In this document: positions 1 through 10,199 of the stretch, piece after piece | Layout: each line of letters starts with the position of its first letter | Numbering within the stretch: the stretch's first letter is position 1 | NCBI GenBank assembly: GCA_023129485.1 | Contig: JAGMBY010000036.1 | Span: 1 to 44,009, forward strand | Source of the DNA: Actinomycetes bacterium | GTDB lineage: Bacteria > Actinomycetota > Humimicrobiia > JAHJRV01 | Direction: 5' to 3' | Length of the DNA: 44,009 bases | The notes under the pieces: model-generated | The model's database searches: none | Seen by the model: the letters and a program-made list of their open reading frames with translations, nothing else | What the model was told of the DNA's origin: nothing | Made by a program: the position numbers and the translations under genes

Positions 1-102
1 ATATCCTCTTTTACTATCTTTAAAACATCAAATTTTTTATTCATATTACTATTATATAACTACCACTGGTTTATTAATATTTTTTCTAAAATATTCTAAA
101 GT

Positions 103-130
103 ACTTAACATAACTGCTATTATGTGACCT
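103..130 (-). other. dif/Xer-like recombination site (xrs)
   Basis: Minus strand reads AGGTCACATAA-TAGCAG-TTATGTTAAGT: 11-6-11 layout; right arm matches E. coli XerD arm TTATGTTAAAT at 10/11, left arm ends in CATAA like the XerC arm (7/11). Confidence 0.6.
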
Positions 131-185
131 ATCGCCCACTAATAAAATGTTATTGCTGTTTAAGTAGACGAAGTAAATAATGATG

Positions 186-496
186 TCACCGGCAACTTAT
201 AGGAAAGGCAATTCCCAGCAGGTATATGAGAAACATGAATTGTCCCGGGTTGCCTGAAAAGAAAGCAGTGGCAAATATAGCGTAAACTGGTAGTCATGCC
301 CCACAAATCATCATTGGTGCCAACATGCCAGTTAACACGCGGTCATCCCCATTTTCAAGTGTTCGCGTGGCATAGACAGTGGGCACGGTGCAGCAAAAGC
401 CAATGAGCATAGGCATGAAAGACTTACCATGCAATCCTAATGTGTGCATCAGGCCTGTCCATGACGAAGGCAGCAACGAGCCATGTAGCCATAGCC
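186..496 (-). pseudogene. feoB: feoB remnant (internal membrane-domain fragment)
   Basis: Reconstructs to [36 protein letters not shown]...ATRTL...MICGA*LPVYAIFATAFF...MFLIYLLGIA with two frameshifts and a TGA (294-296) in place of the Arg of CxARLPVY; the N-terminal GTPase domain is missing. Confidence 0.85.
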
Positions 497-503
497 AGTG
501 GAA

Positions 504-776
504 TCATACAGTCTCCTCTGTTGGCACCTCAACTATGATATTTGATGCCTCATCCTTGCGAAGGCTGAGGTTGTATCCCTTGACCTCAAATTCAATAGGG
601 TCACCCAGCGGTGCCACGCGCACCACTTTAACTTCAGTGCCACTAACAAGACCCATGTCCATTATGCGTCGTCTCACCGTTCCCTGACCACCTACACGCA
701 CAACGATACCATGCTGTCCGACTTTCAACTCATGCAGTGGCATCTGCGTTATTGAACTTTGTTTCTCAAAATGCAT
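504..776 (-). CDS. feoA: ferrous iron transport protein A
   Basis: RRRIMDMGLVSG...VVRVAPLGDPIEFEVKGYNLSLRK FeoA signature; AAGGAGG RBS upstream. Confidence 0.92.
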   Translation of the reverse strand: MHFEKQSSITQMPLHELKVGQHGIVVRVGGQGTVRRRIMDMGLVSGTEVKVVRVAPLGDPIEFEVKGYNLSLRKDEASNIIVEVPTEETV

Positions 777-930
777 TTTTGATTCCTCCTTTTCTAAAAT
801 TTAATCATTTTTAATATAAAATATGTCCAGAGGTAGGAGTTCACTTAAATTTCTTGAAAAAATTATCATATATGTACTATTAATAAGATATATTTATAGT
901 TTGCTCTTGTAAAAATAATGTTATAGATTT

Positions 931-989
931 ACTCCCCTTTGATGGGGGGATAAAGCCTGTTTTAAGAGAAGCGAAGGAGTGGGTGTGAA
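931..989 (+). repeat. degenerate palindromic repeat (CTCCCC...GGGGGGA hairpin) containing a decayed GCCTG..GCGAAGGA module
   Basis: GC-rich patch in an AT-rich spacer; 955-978 resembles 22113-22137 and 37815-37839. Confidence 0.4.
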
Positions 990-1120
990 TATTCAAGAAC
1001 AATACTAAAAATGTCAACTTAATTTGTTTATAAAACATCTTCTGCATAAATTAAGTTAATATCGAAAATTAAGATATAAAGATTTATATAGTCTAATAAA
1101 ATCAATTAAAAGGGGGAGAA

Positions 1121-1843
1121 ATGGAATTAATATTAGTGAGACACGGAGAAGTTAATATAAGTAATATAAGTAATAGTTTGAAAAAGATTTTAGAAACAAA
1201 ATTACTTGAAAAATATGAGGATACTATTAAAAAATTAGACAATATTGGACTAAGTGATTCAGGAAAAGAACAAGCTAATCTTTTAGGTAGATGGCTTCAA
1301 AAAAATTATAAAATAGACACCTTGTATTCAAGCAAATTAAGAAGAGCCAAAGAAACTTCTAAAATTGTTAATGAATTTTTAAATTTACCCATAATTTTTA
1401 GAGACGAATTAAGAGAAGCAACATTTTATCTACCTGATTATCTATCTGGTTGGTCTAGCCCAATTCAGTTTGGAAAGGATTTAAAAAAGAAAAATTTTGA
1501 TATGAGAACCAAGATAGATACAACTTTAAAAGAGAGAGAAATTAAAATTGAGAGTTTAAAAGTAAAAAAAGCTATAAATACTCAGAAGTATGAGAATTTT
1601 AGAAAAAAAATTGAAAAGATTATCAAAGAAATAATTTCTAATAATTGGGAAAAAACAGTATTAATAATTACTCATGGAGGAGCAATAGGTACAATGATCA
1701 GAAATATAATTGGAAGACATGACATGACTATTAGGATGGATTTTACAGGACTGAGTAAATTTTCCTGGATAAAGGAATATAATAGATGGCAAATAGATTT
1801 TATAAATAAAACAGATCACCTTTCAGCACCTTTGTCTGGTTAA
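1121..1843 (+). CDS. histidine phosphatase (phosphoglycerate mutase superfamily)
   Basis: LVRHGE motif, SSKLRRAKET, LRE, ITHGGAI; GGGGGAG RBS. Confidence 0.88.
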   Translation: MELILVRHGEVNISNISNSLKKILETKLLEKYEDTIKKLDNIGLSDSGKEQANLLGRWLQKNYKIDTLYSSKLRRAKETSKIVNEFLNLPIIFRDELREATFYLPDYLSGWSSPIQFGKDLKKKNFDMRTKIDTTLKEREIKIESLKVKKAINTQKYENFRKKIEKIIKEIISNNWEKTVLIITHGGAIGTMIRNIIGRHDMTIRMDFTGLSKFSWIKEYNRWQIDFINKTDHLSAPLSG

Positions 1844-2110
1844 TCATTTTTATTTTTGGTGTAATTTCTTCTGCTGGCTATCTATTATTACAAAATTTTA
1901 TATCCAAGAGAGAAGATTAATTATATAAACAATAATGATAAAAAATTAGTATAATGAGCGAAGTTGATATACCTGTAAAATAATCTAACTAATTTAAAAG
2001 GGGCTGATAGGAATTTAAGATATGATAAATGTAGAATTTGAAAATATTCTGAAACAAGTTAAAAGAGTAAATCTTAATTAAGAGAGTCGGTTAAATTTAA
2101 GGAGGAGAGA

Positions 2111-2929
2111 TTGATAACAAAAATTGATAAGGAGAAACTTAATAAATTTAATAGCGGAGATATTAAAGCTGTTATTTTTGATTTGTGGGGAACACTTGTA
2201 AAAGATGAAAGTATAGACGAAAGCAGGAGGTTTCTCAATAAACTTAACAAGATATATCTATCTATAAAAAGCATAAACTGTGTATATAACTATTTATATA
2301 AATTAAGTAAAAGACCATCAACCAAATTAAATATAGAATTACCAGGAAGAATAAATTTTATCTCTAAGTTTTTTAAAATTATAATGAGTGAGTATCAGGA
2401 GAGCCTAAAAAGACAGGAACAGATTGAATTAGATAAGGTTTTTAACAGAATTTTTAATTCACTTAATATAAAACTTAACAATAGCCAATTAACTGAAGTT
2501 TTAGGAGAGTATTATAAATCTTGGTCAAATATGACAAAATTATATGATGATGTACTACCTACCCTTGTTTACATTCATAATAAAGGTATCAAATTAGCTT
2601 TAATTTCAAATACCATATTTGAAGGAAAACTTCATGATAGTGACTTAAAAAGGTTAGGAATATTTGAATATTTTGACTTTACTATTTACTCATCAGATGT
2701 TGGGGTAAGGAAACCAGAACCCAAAATTTTTAAAGTTGCATTAGAAAAATTGAAAGTCAATCCAGATAAGGCTATTTTTGTTGGTGACAGATTATATGAT
2801 GATATAAAAGGAGCTAAGAGTGTGGGAATGACAGCTATACTTAAGGAGAAGGGAACCTATACGGGTGAAGAAGAAATAGTACCCGATTTAGTTATAAAAA
2901 ATATATCAGATTTAAAATTATATCTATAA
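2111..2929 (+). CDS. HAD-superfamily hydrolase (subfamily IA)
   Basis: VIFDLWGTL, LISN, KPEPKIF, FVGDRLYDDIKGA; AGGAGGAG RBS before TTG. Confidence 0.88.
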   Translation: MITKIDKEKLNKFNSGDIKAVIFDLWGTLVKDESIDESRRFLNKLNKIYLSIKSINCVYNYLYKLSKRPSTKLNIELPGRINFISKFFKIIMSEYQESLKRQEQIELDKVFNRIFNSLNIKLNNSQLTEVLGEYYKSWSNMTKLYDDVLPTLVYIHNKGIKLALISNTIFEGKLHDSDLKRLGIFEYFDFTIYSSDVGVRKPEPKIFKVALEKLKVNPDKAIFVGDRLYDDIKGAKSVGMTAILKEKGTYTGEEEIVPDLVIKNISDLKLYL

Positions 2930-2937
2930 AACAAAAA

Positions 2938-3396
2938 ATGAGAATAGATATTGAACCTATAGGAATAATACACTCACCATTTAAAAGAAAGGAGGATATA
3001 AGAACTCTTGGTTTTTCCTCAGCTACTGGGTTTGATGATGTTGAAGGCGAAATAGAGGTTTTTAAAAAGTATGAGAAAGGATTAAAAGATATTGAAGGAT
3101 TTTCTCATTTAATTATTATTTATTTTTTTCACAAAATTGAAAGTTATTCTTTACATGTAAAACCCTACCTTGATAAAAATTTAAGGGGCGTATTTTCAAC
3201 TAGACATCCCAAAAGACCAAATAAAATTGGTTTTACAATAGTTAAACTACTTGAGAGGAATAAAAATATTTTAAAAGTCAAAGGGATAGACATGATTGAA
3301 GGTTCTCCTGTTTTAGATATAAAACCTTATACACATCGAGATAAAAAAGAAAATATTAAAATTGGCTGGTTGGAAGGATTACTTAATAAATATTAA
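2938..3396 (+). CDS. tsaA: TsaA/TrmO (YaeB-like) tRNA m6t6A37 methyltransferase, single domain
   Basis: PIGIIHSPF, GLKDIEGFSHL, GVFSTRHPKRPNKIG, GIDMIEGSPVLDIKPY. Confidence 0.88.
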   Translation: MRIDIEPIGIIHSPFKRKEDIRTLGFSSATGFDDVEGEIEVFKKYEKGLKDIEGFSHLIIIYFFHKIESYSLHVKPYLDKNLRGVFSTRHPKRPNKIGFTIVKLLERNKNILKVKGIDMIEGSPVLDIKPYTHRDKKENIKIGWLEGLLNKY

Positions 3397-3994
3397 CAAA
3401 TAAATTTTTATCTCTTATTTTCTTTTCTCTTGATTTATATAGAGGATAACCAACGGCTAGAATTGATACCAATTGATCCTTACTTTTTAGAATATCTTTA
3501 ATTTCAGATTCTTTTAGCACTGGTATTCCCATCCAGACTGATCCTATTCCCATTGAATGTAATGCTAAATGAATACTATATATAGCATTTGAGACACTCT
3601 CTATCTCCATATCATGAATAAACTGATATTTGATGTTACTTTTGTCATAATCTTTTAACAAATTTAACAAAGGACAAGTATTCCAAACAACTATAATCAC
3701 TGGCGCATTTTTTATCACTCTTTTAGCCAGGAGCATTATAAGCTTAACTCTTAATTTATTTGGAAAGTTAACACCCTTTATTAATTTTTTATCTAATTTT
3801 CCATCGTGAACTTCAGCAATTTTAGTTTTTAAATCCTTATTGTATATAACATCAAATCTCCAGGGTCTTGAGTTATGAGCAGAAGGCGATAAATCAGCTA
3901 ATTCAATAGCTCTAATTACCTTATTTTTTTCAACTTCTTTACTAGAAAATTTCCTTACACTTCTTCTACTTAACAATGTTTCTTGTAATTCCAT
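3383..3994 (-). CDS. nitroreductase family protein
   Basis: RRSVRKF, SPSAHNSRPWRF, GIGSVW, AVGYP; the ATG at 3994 (MELQE) follows AAGGAAGG (track start 4021). Confidence 0.85.
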   Translation of the reverse strand: MELQETLLSRRSVRKFSSKEVEKNKVIRAIELADLSPSAHNSRPWRFDVIYNKDLKTKIAEVHDGKLDKKLIKGVNFPNKLRVKLIMLLAKRVIKNAPVIIVVWNTCPLLNLLKDYDKSNIKYQFIHDMEIESVSNAIYSIHLALHSMGIGSVWMGIPVLKESEIKDILKSKDQLVSILAVGYPLYKSREKKIRDKNLFVNIY

Positions 3995-4393
3995 CTCACT
4001 ACCTTCCTTTGAAAAATTCACTATTTATTATTTTTTTAAATACTTAATTCCTAAAACACAACATGTTTCTGAAAATATAAAATTTACTGACTATTATTTT
4101 TTATTTAATTGATGGGTTCAGAAAAGTTTTTATCTTTTTTATTAATATCAAATATTTTATCCTAATTTTGCTTATTTTTTCTGATATTTCAAAAAAATCT
4201 TTAAGCACGCTTTTTCTGATAACAAGTAGAATTATATGATTCTGATCAAAAATTTGATTAAAAATAGGAATTTGAAATATATTTAGAAATAACTTTTTTT
4301 AGAAAAGTTGTCTTTCTTGAATGGATAGAACTTTTAGGACGTAAATCACAGTCAAAAGATTAAAAATAACGGAGAAGAAGTCAATAAAATTAA

Positions 4394-5362
4394 TTAAGGT
4401 ACTCTGGATTCTAAAATCCAATATCTGATTTTATTTTCTGCTTTTATTCTTAACTCCTTTGCTAACTCTTCGGGAGATATTAGTTTTTCTAATGCTTTGT
4501 TCCATGCACCTGATTCAATATATTCATGTAATATTCTTGTTCTCTCTAAAATTATTGCATTTTCAGGGCTTACAAGTCTGCATGCTCCACAGAATAAACA
4601 CCATTTATCTTCTAATTTTAATTTATCTTTTTTCTCATCATACGTGATTGCCTTTGTAGGACATACATCAGCTGCAGCTTTAAACCTCTTAGGCATTAGT
4701 TCATAATTAATGGAGATTTTTCCTTCAATTGGTTTTGTAACTTTTATAGCATTATAAGGGCAGTCATAAACACATTTTGAGCAATATGTACACTTTTCTT
4801 TATCTATCTTTACATCTATTATCTTTTTTATTTTTTCTATTTTCTTCTTTTTCTCTTGAGATTTTGCTAACTTTCTTTCTTTCTCTGAACCTTCAGCCTT
4901 CTTTTCTTTTTTAGAAACTTCAATTTCTTTTTCATATATAACTTCTATAGCTTCAAATGGGCAACCTTCCTGGCAAGCAAGCTTACAATCAGGTATACAT
5001 TTTTTTACATCTACTTCAATCTCCCTAATTAAAGTAGGGAATGCTTCTAAATCTACTGAAGGGATTGTTTCTTTACCATTTACTTTTAATTTAAATGCGT
5101 TATATGGACAGAGGATTACGCATTCTCCACAATATATACATTTATCTGGGTCAGCATCAATTTTTGGTTTTTCAATTAATGAGCCATTCTCAATTTGTGC
5201 ATCTATTAAACTAAGAGCTTCCTTGGGACATATTATTGTACAGATCTCACATCCACAACATAAATCCTTATCAAGTGTTAGTGAATATTCTTTTGTAATG
5301 GTTTTCATCTCAAGTATTAACTTATCTCTCTTGTCTATTTTTACGGGAGTTCCCCTTTTCAA
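4394..5362 (-). CDS. polyferredoxin (FwdF/MvhB-like), about five [4Fe-4S] clusters
   Basis: Six ferredoxin motif slots (CCGCEICTIICP, CIYCGECVILCP, CIPDCKLACQEGCP, CTYCSKCVYDCP, degenerate ...DVCP, CLFCGACRLVSP); GGAGG RBS before TTG. Confidence 0.85.
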   Translation of the reverse strand: MKRGTPVKIDKRDKLILEMKTITKEYSLTLDKDLCCGCEICTIICPKEALSLIDAQIENGSLIEKPKIDADPDKCIYCGECVILCPYNAFKLKVNGKETIPSVDLEAFPTLIREIEVDVKKCIPDCKLACQEGCPFEAIEVIYEKEIEVSKKEKKAEGSEKERKLAKSQEKKKKIEKIKKIIDVKIDKEKCTYCSKCVYDCPYNAIKVTKPIEGKISINYELMPKRFKAAADVCPTKAITYDEKKDKLKLEDKWCLFCGACRLVSPENAIILERTRILHEYIESGAWNKALEKLISPEELAKELRIKAENKIRYWILESRVP

Positions 5363-5403
5363 ATTAAAACCTCCAAAAATAAAGATTTATTAATTTTTTA
5401 TAT

Positions 5404-5425
5404 AAGACCATTTTTATGTGGTCTT
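5404..5425. terminator. short hairpin between hdrB and polyferredoxin (attenuator or mRNA-stability element)
   Basis: AAGACCA / TGGTCTT 7-bp inverted repeat; no clear U-tract on the coding strand. Confidence 0.3.
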
Positions 5426-5501
5426 GTTAATTACTTTAAATTATTTCTTAAAATTTCTTAAATGATCTTGTTAATTAAAAAATATGATTTTATAAAGCAA
5501 T

Positions 5502-6428
5502 TTATTTAATTTTATTAAGTACTTGGTCCACTTTTACTATATGAAGATCAAAACCCAATTGATATGGATCAACTCCAAGTGCAAGACAAAGTAATTCCGG
5601 GTAATAAAATACTGGTAAATTATATTCTTTATTAAATCTCCTTTCTACTACTTTTTGATTTCTATCAAATTGTGTCTGACAAAATGGACATAATGTTACA
5701 ATACAGTCAACTCCTGATGTCTTGATATTATCTAAATTTTCTTTGGCAATATTTAATGATAAATCCATATTTACTCCCAGTAGAGGAGCTCCACAGCAGA
5801 ACATTTTTCTCATTCTGGGGAGACTGTCAGCGCCTAAGGCAACAATTAATTCATCTAAACTTTTTGGCTCTTCAGGATCATCAAAATTCATTACATCACT
5901 TGGTCTGACTAAATGACATCCATAAAATGCAGCTACTTTTAATCCATATAATGGTTTTTTTATCATATTAGTTATTTGATTAGTTCCTATATCTAAATAT
6001 AAAACCTCCGCGATATGTTTAACTATAGTATTTCCTTCATATTTCCTATTAAGAGGTAACAATATTTTATTTACTTTTTCTAAAAGCTCACTATCTTCTG
6101 ATAAAGCATGGCTCGTCTCTTTTAATGTCTCATAACATCCATTACAAAGAGTAAGGATGTCTTTTCCTATTTCCTGAGCAATACAGAGATTTCTTGCTCC
6201 CATAGAAAGCCATGTTAGCTCACTTATTGCTTTTATTCCTATTGGATCTGGACAACAGGAAAAATTGTCAGTTTCTGTAATTTTTATTTCTAAGATTTCT
6301 AATGCTCTTCTTGCAGCCACTTCCATATAAGGTAAGGAGCTTGGAATCAAACAACCTTTAAATAATAGATAATCCTTATTTTCTTTTTCTAAATTTGATT
6401 CTTCTTTAGTTGCTCTTGTCCTTTTCAT
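5502..6428 (-). CDS. hdrB: heterodisulfide reductase subunit B
   Basis: Two CCG domains: FKGC...FSCCP...LCNGC and FYGCH...MFCCG...LCPFCQTQFD; LPVFYYPELLCLALG. Confidence 0.92.
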   Translation of the reverse strand: MKRTRATKEESNLEKENKDYLLFKGCLIPSSLPYMEVAARRALEILEIKITETDNFSCCPDPIGIKAISELTWLSMGARNLCIAQEIGKDILTLCNGCYETLKETSHALSEDSELLEKVNKILLPLNRKYEGNTIVKHIAEVLYLDIGTNQITNMIKKPLYGLKVAAFYGCHLVRPSDVMNFDDPEEPKSLDELIVALGADSLPRMRKMFCCGAPLLGVNMDLSLNIAKENLDNIKTSGVDCIVTLCPFCQTQFDRNQKVVERRFNKEYNLPVFYYPELLCLALGVDPYQLGFDLHIVKVDQVLNKIK

Positions 6429-6459
6429 ATCTCATTTTATAATAAGTAGTAAAACTATT

Positions 6460-6972
6460 TTATTTTTTAATTTCTTTTTCTAAAAATAAATTGGTTCCAG
6501 TTTGTTTTAAAATCCTCTTTATATCTTTTTCTACAGAAGTTTGCACTAATTTTGGCAAATTTAACTGTTCTCTTCTTCTCTCAGTAGCCGAGCTGATTGA
6601 TGATATTCTGCCTGTTTTAGCTATCATTTTGAGTTCATTTACATATCCCTCCGGGATACCCCTTACTTTTGCTGCGATATTTTTTAATTTGACTATGATT
6701 TCAGAAACGGGTATCTTTTGAGGGCACCTTTCTAAACAAGTATGACAATAACAACAAAACCAGAGTAAATCATTATTAATTATTTCATCTATCTCTCCTC
6801 GAGAGAGTGCTAACATAATCTTTCTTGGATTAAAATTTTCATTTACCCAGGCTACCGGACACCCTCCAACACATGTACCACATTGATAGCAGACCTGAAC
6901 TTTCTTCTGAAAATCCTCTCCTCCAATTTCTTCTATCAACTTTTCCAAATCTTTTTCAATTTCCATATTCAA
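6460..6972 (-). CDS. hdrC: heterodisulfide reductase subunit C
   Basis: CYQCGTCVGGCP, FNPRKIM, WFCCYCHTCLERCPQ; start may be the ATG at 6966. Confidence 0.92.
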   Translation of the reverse strand: MNMEIEKDLEKLIEEIGGEDFQKKVQVCYQCGTCVGGCPVAWVNENFNPRKIMLALSRGEIDEIINNDLLWFCCYCHTCLERCPQKIPVSEIIVKLKNIAAKVRGIPEGYVNELKMIAKTGRISSISSATERRREQLNLPKLVQTSVEKDIKRILKQTGTNLFLEKEIKK

Positions 6973-7029
6973 ATCCCATAAAAATTTAAAACAATAAGTT
7001 ACTATTCATTTTTAAAATTCAAGTCATTT

Positions 7030-7095
7030 AGATTCTTCGCTGTGCTCAGAATGACAGCTTTTTTATTGTCACCCTGAGCGCAACGAAGGGTCTCA
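7030..7095. repeat. divergent pair of TGTCA-tagged REP-like hairpins
   Basis: 7030-7056 (-) TGTCATTCTGAGCACAGCGAAGAATCT; 7067-7095 (+) TGTCACCCTGAGCGCAACGAAGGGTCTCA. Confidence 0.8.
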
Positions 7096-7182
7096 TTAGT
7101 TCTTAGTTTATAGTTTAACTAAGAAATATTATTCATTGCTTATTTAGTCTTTATTAAGTAGAGATTTTATATACAAAGCTTC

Positions 7183-9651
7183 TTATGCCTCAATATCAAC
7201 TTTTTCATCAGCTAATAATATTTTAGCTACATCTGGATCTTCCCTAAATGTCTTTATTCTCTTTTCTAATTCAGGTTTTGCCTTTTCATTTTCTTCTTTT
7301 ATTCTTTCAATTCCTATTGATTTAAGAGTTTCACTCGATTCTTTCATAACTTTCGAGAAAGTCTGCCCTTCTGATGCGCTCATCCATTTAACACTGAATC
7401 TTTCTGGTGAAATACCAGCTCTCTCTAAAATCTTTGGCACAGCTTTTAGCCTTCTTTCAGCATGGTGCTGACCTGTTATGTAATGGCAATCCTGAGGATG
7501 GCATCCTGAAGCTAAAACCATTCCTGCACCTATTCTAAAAGCTTCATAAATAAATTTTCTATCTAATCTACCAGAGCACATAACCTTTATTATTCTGTTA
7601 TCAGGTGGATATTTCAGGTGGCTATTTCCAGCAGTGTCAGCAGCGCCAAAACTACACCAATGGCAGGTGAAGACTAATATCTTTTCTTCAGGTTTTTCTC
7701 TGAGTATAGCGTGAATTTGAGCTACAATCTGTACATCTGTATAGTGCAGCTGTGTTATTGCACCTTCCGGGCAATCAGCAACACAGGTTCCACATCCATG
7801 GCACTTTGCACCAATTACATATGCTGGTTTACCTTCAGGAGCGATAATTGCTCCATATGGACATCTTGTTTCACATATACCACACTTTTTCCTGACATTT
7901 CTACATTTATCAGCATCAACAAATGCTATTAGAGGTTCAATCTCCCACTCAGGGCTTGATAAAATTCTACTTGCTCTTGAAGAAGCAGCACTACCCTGAG
8001 CTACACTATAAGGTATGTCCTTTGGTCCTTGGGAAGATCCTGCTATAAACACACCCTCTGTTGGAGTATCTATAGGTTTCAATTTTGGATGACTCTCCAT
8101 ATAGAAACCACTTGGACCACTTGTTACTCCAAGTTTACTTCCTAATGTTCTAGAATCTGGTCGAGGCTCAGCTGCTGTTGACAGTATTACAATATCTACC
8201 TCATCTCTAATTGCTTTTCCTTTGGCCAAGTCTTCAGAATAAATGAATAGATTATGATTATTAGGATCTTGTGCAATTTCAGATGGTTTTCCCTGAATGA
8301 ACTTAATTCCTTCCTCTCTTGCTCTTCTATAAAACTCCTCATATCCCTTAGATGGAGTTCTAATATCCATATAATATATAGATATATCTAAATCTGGATA
8401 TTTTTCTCTTAAAATAAGTGAATTTTTAATTGTGTACATGCAACAGAATCCCGAGCAGTATTCATGAATATCATCTCTTGACCCAACACACTGGATAAAT
8501 GCCACTTTCCCTGGAGCTTTCATATCTGAGGGTCTGTATAGTTTTCCCATTGTTGGACCACTTTCATCAAGAAGTCTTTCTAACTCCAGTGCTGTCAAGA
8601 CATTTGGATATCTACCATATCCATACTGTTTTATAGGAGTTGGATCATAGATGTCATACCCAGTAGCAACTATAATGGTTCCAATATCAAGTTCTATTAT
8701 TTCTTCTTTTTGGGAAAAGTCTATAGCTTCAAGTTTGCCACACGCTTCAATACATTTAAAACATTCAATACATGCATCCATATCTATTGTATAGACCAAT
8801 GGAACTGCTTGAGCAAAAGGAACATATATGGCTTTTCTTGTCGTAGTACCTTCATCAAATTCATTCGGAACCTCAATAGGACAAACATCGACACATAAAC
8901 CACAACCATTACATTTCTCGGGTATCACAAAACGAGGCTTTTTCTTTACCTTTACCTTGAAGTTTCCAACAAAACCTCTTACTTCCTCTAATTCACTATA
9001 TGTGAGAACATTAATCTTCGGATGATGCCCCGCATCAACCATCTTGGGGGCTAAGATTCATATAGAACAATCCATGGTGGGGAATGTTTTATCGAGTTGT
9101 GCCATTCTACCACCAATTGATGGTTCCTTTTCAATGAGATAAGTTTCATACCCCATGTCCCCAAGGTCTAAAGCAGTGCTTATTCCAGCAATTCCAGCAC
9201 CAATTACTAAAGCTTTATTTGTTACTGGAACTTTTATGGTTTCGAGTGGTGCTAAATACCTTGCCTTAGCTACAGCGGAACGAATCAAATCAAATGCTTT
9301 CTCAAAAGCTTCTTCTGGATAATCAGGATGAACCCAAGTACAATGTTCTCTGATATTTGCCATTTCCATAAGGTATGGATTTAACCCTGCTTCATAAACA
9401 CACACTCTAAATGTAGGTTCATGTAATCTTGGAGAACAAGCTGAGACTACAACCCTGTTGAGGTTATATTCTTTTATGCTATCTTTTATCAAAACTTGAC
9501 CAGGGTCTGAACAAGCATATCCATGATCTTTAGCAACAACAACACCCGGAAGTTCTGATGCCCTCTCAGCCAATTTCTTGGGATCTATTACTCCTGCAAT
9601 ATTTGAACCACAATGGCATACAAAAACACCTATTCTTAAATCCTCTTCCAT
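7183..9651 (-). CDS. hdrA: HdrA-MvhD fusion with in-frame UGA (probable selenocysteine), 822 aa
   Basis: Track ORFs 9058-9651 and 7183-9042 are in frame: [27 protein letters not shown]. Motifs [32 protein letters not shown], two ferredoxin domains; C-terminal MvhD domain [10 protein letters not shown]...VMCSGR...GCHPQDCHY. Confidence 0.9.
9013..9057 (-). promoter_or_regulatory. putative bacterial SECIS hairpin directly 3' of the UGA
   Basis: mRNA UGA-AUCUUAGCCCCCAAGAUGGUUGAUGCGGGGCAUCAUCCGAAGAUU can pair AUCUU/AAGAU, GCCCC/GGGGC and CAA/UUG around a G-starting loop about 14 nt from the UGA. Confidence 0.55.
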
Positions 9652-9704
9652 ACTCTCCTTTTAATGAATATGTTTAATAAAACTTTTATTATAAATTAGT
9701 TAGA

Positions 9705-10199
9705 TTAGCTCTTTACTAATTCCTCCAATAGTTTTCCTACAACTTCTCTTCTCATCTTTTGTGCAACTTCTTCTGGGGTTGAGAGTGAGAGAGCTTCCTT
9801 TGGACAGAATTCAACACACTTTGGCTTTTCTAAGTCTTTACATAAATCACATATTCTAACTGTTTTTTCTGCAGCATCTAATGTAATAGCCCCAAATTCA
9901 CACGCCTCTATACACCAACCGCATCCATCACACTTATCATCATCAATAATTATTATTCCTGTTTCCTCACTCTGGGTGAGTGCTTTATGAGGACATGATG
10001 CAACGCATGGTGGGTCTTCACAAAGTCTACACGCAACTGACATTGTTAAGACTGGTTCTATCCTAACATTACGTATCCTTGATTTAAGTGGATTAAACGC
10101 TCCTGTTTTTTCAAGTGAACAAACAAGTTCACACCATTGACATCCAACACATTTATCTGGATCACAAACTATATACCTATGTTTTCCTAAGTGCTCCAT
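9705..10199 (-). CDS. 4x[4Fe-4S] electron-transfer subunit (DmsB/AorA-like)
   Basis: CVGCQWCELVC, CRLCEDPPCVASCP, CDGCGWCIEAC, CDLC...PKCVEFCP; TAATG overlap with the aor stop. Confidence 0.9.
   Translation of the reverse strand: MEHLGKHRYIVCDPDKCVGCQWCELVCSLEKTGAFNPLKSRIRNVRIEPVLTMSVACRLCEDPPCVASCPHKALTQSEETGIIIIDDDKCDGCGWCIEACEFGAITLDAAEKTVRICDLCKDLEKPKCVEFCPKEALSLSTPEEVAQKMRREVVGKLLEELVKS

Noticed and set aside
294-296. In-frame TGA in the feoB fragment as possible selenocysteine
   Set aside because: It replaces the Arg of CxARLPVY (one change from CGA) in a gene that also has frameshifts; ordinary nonsense mutation.
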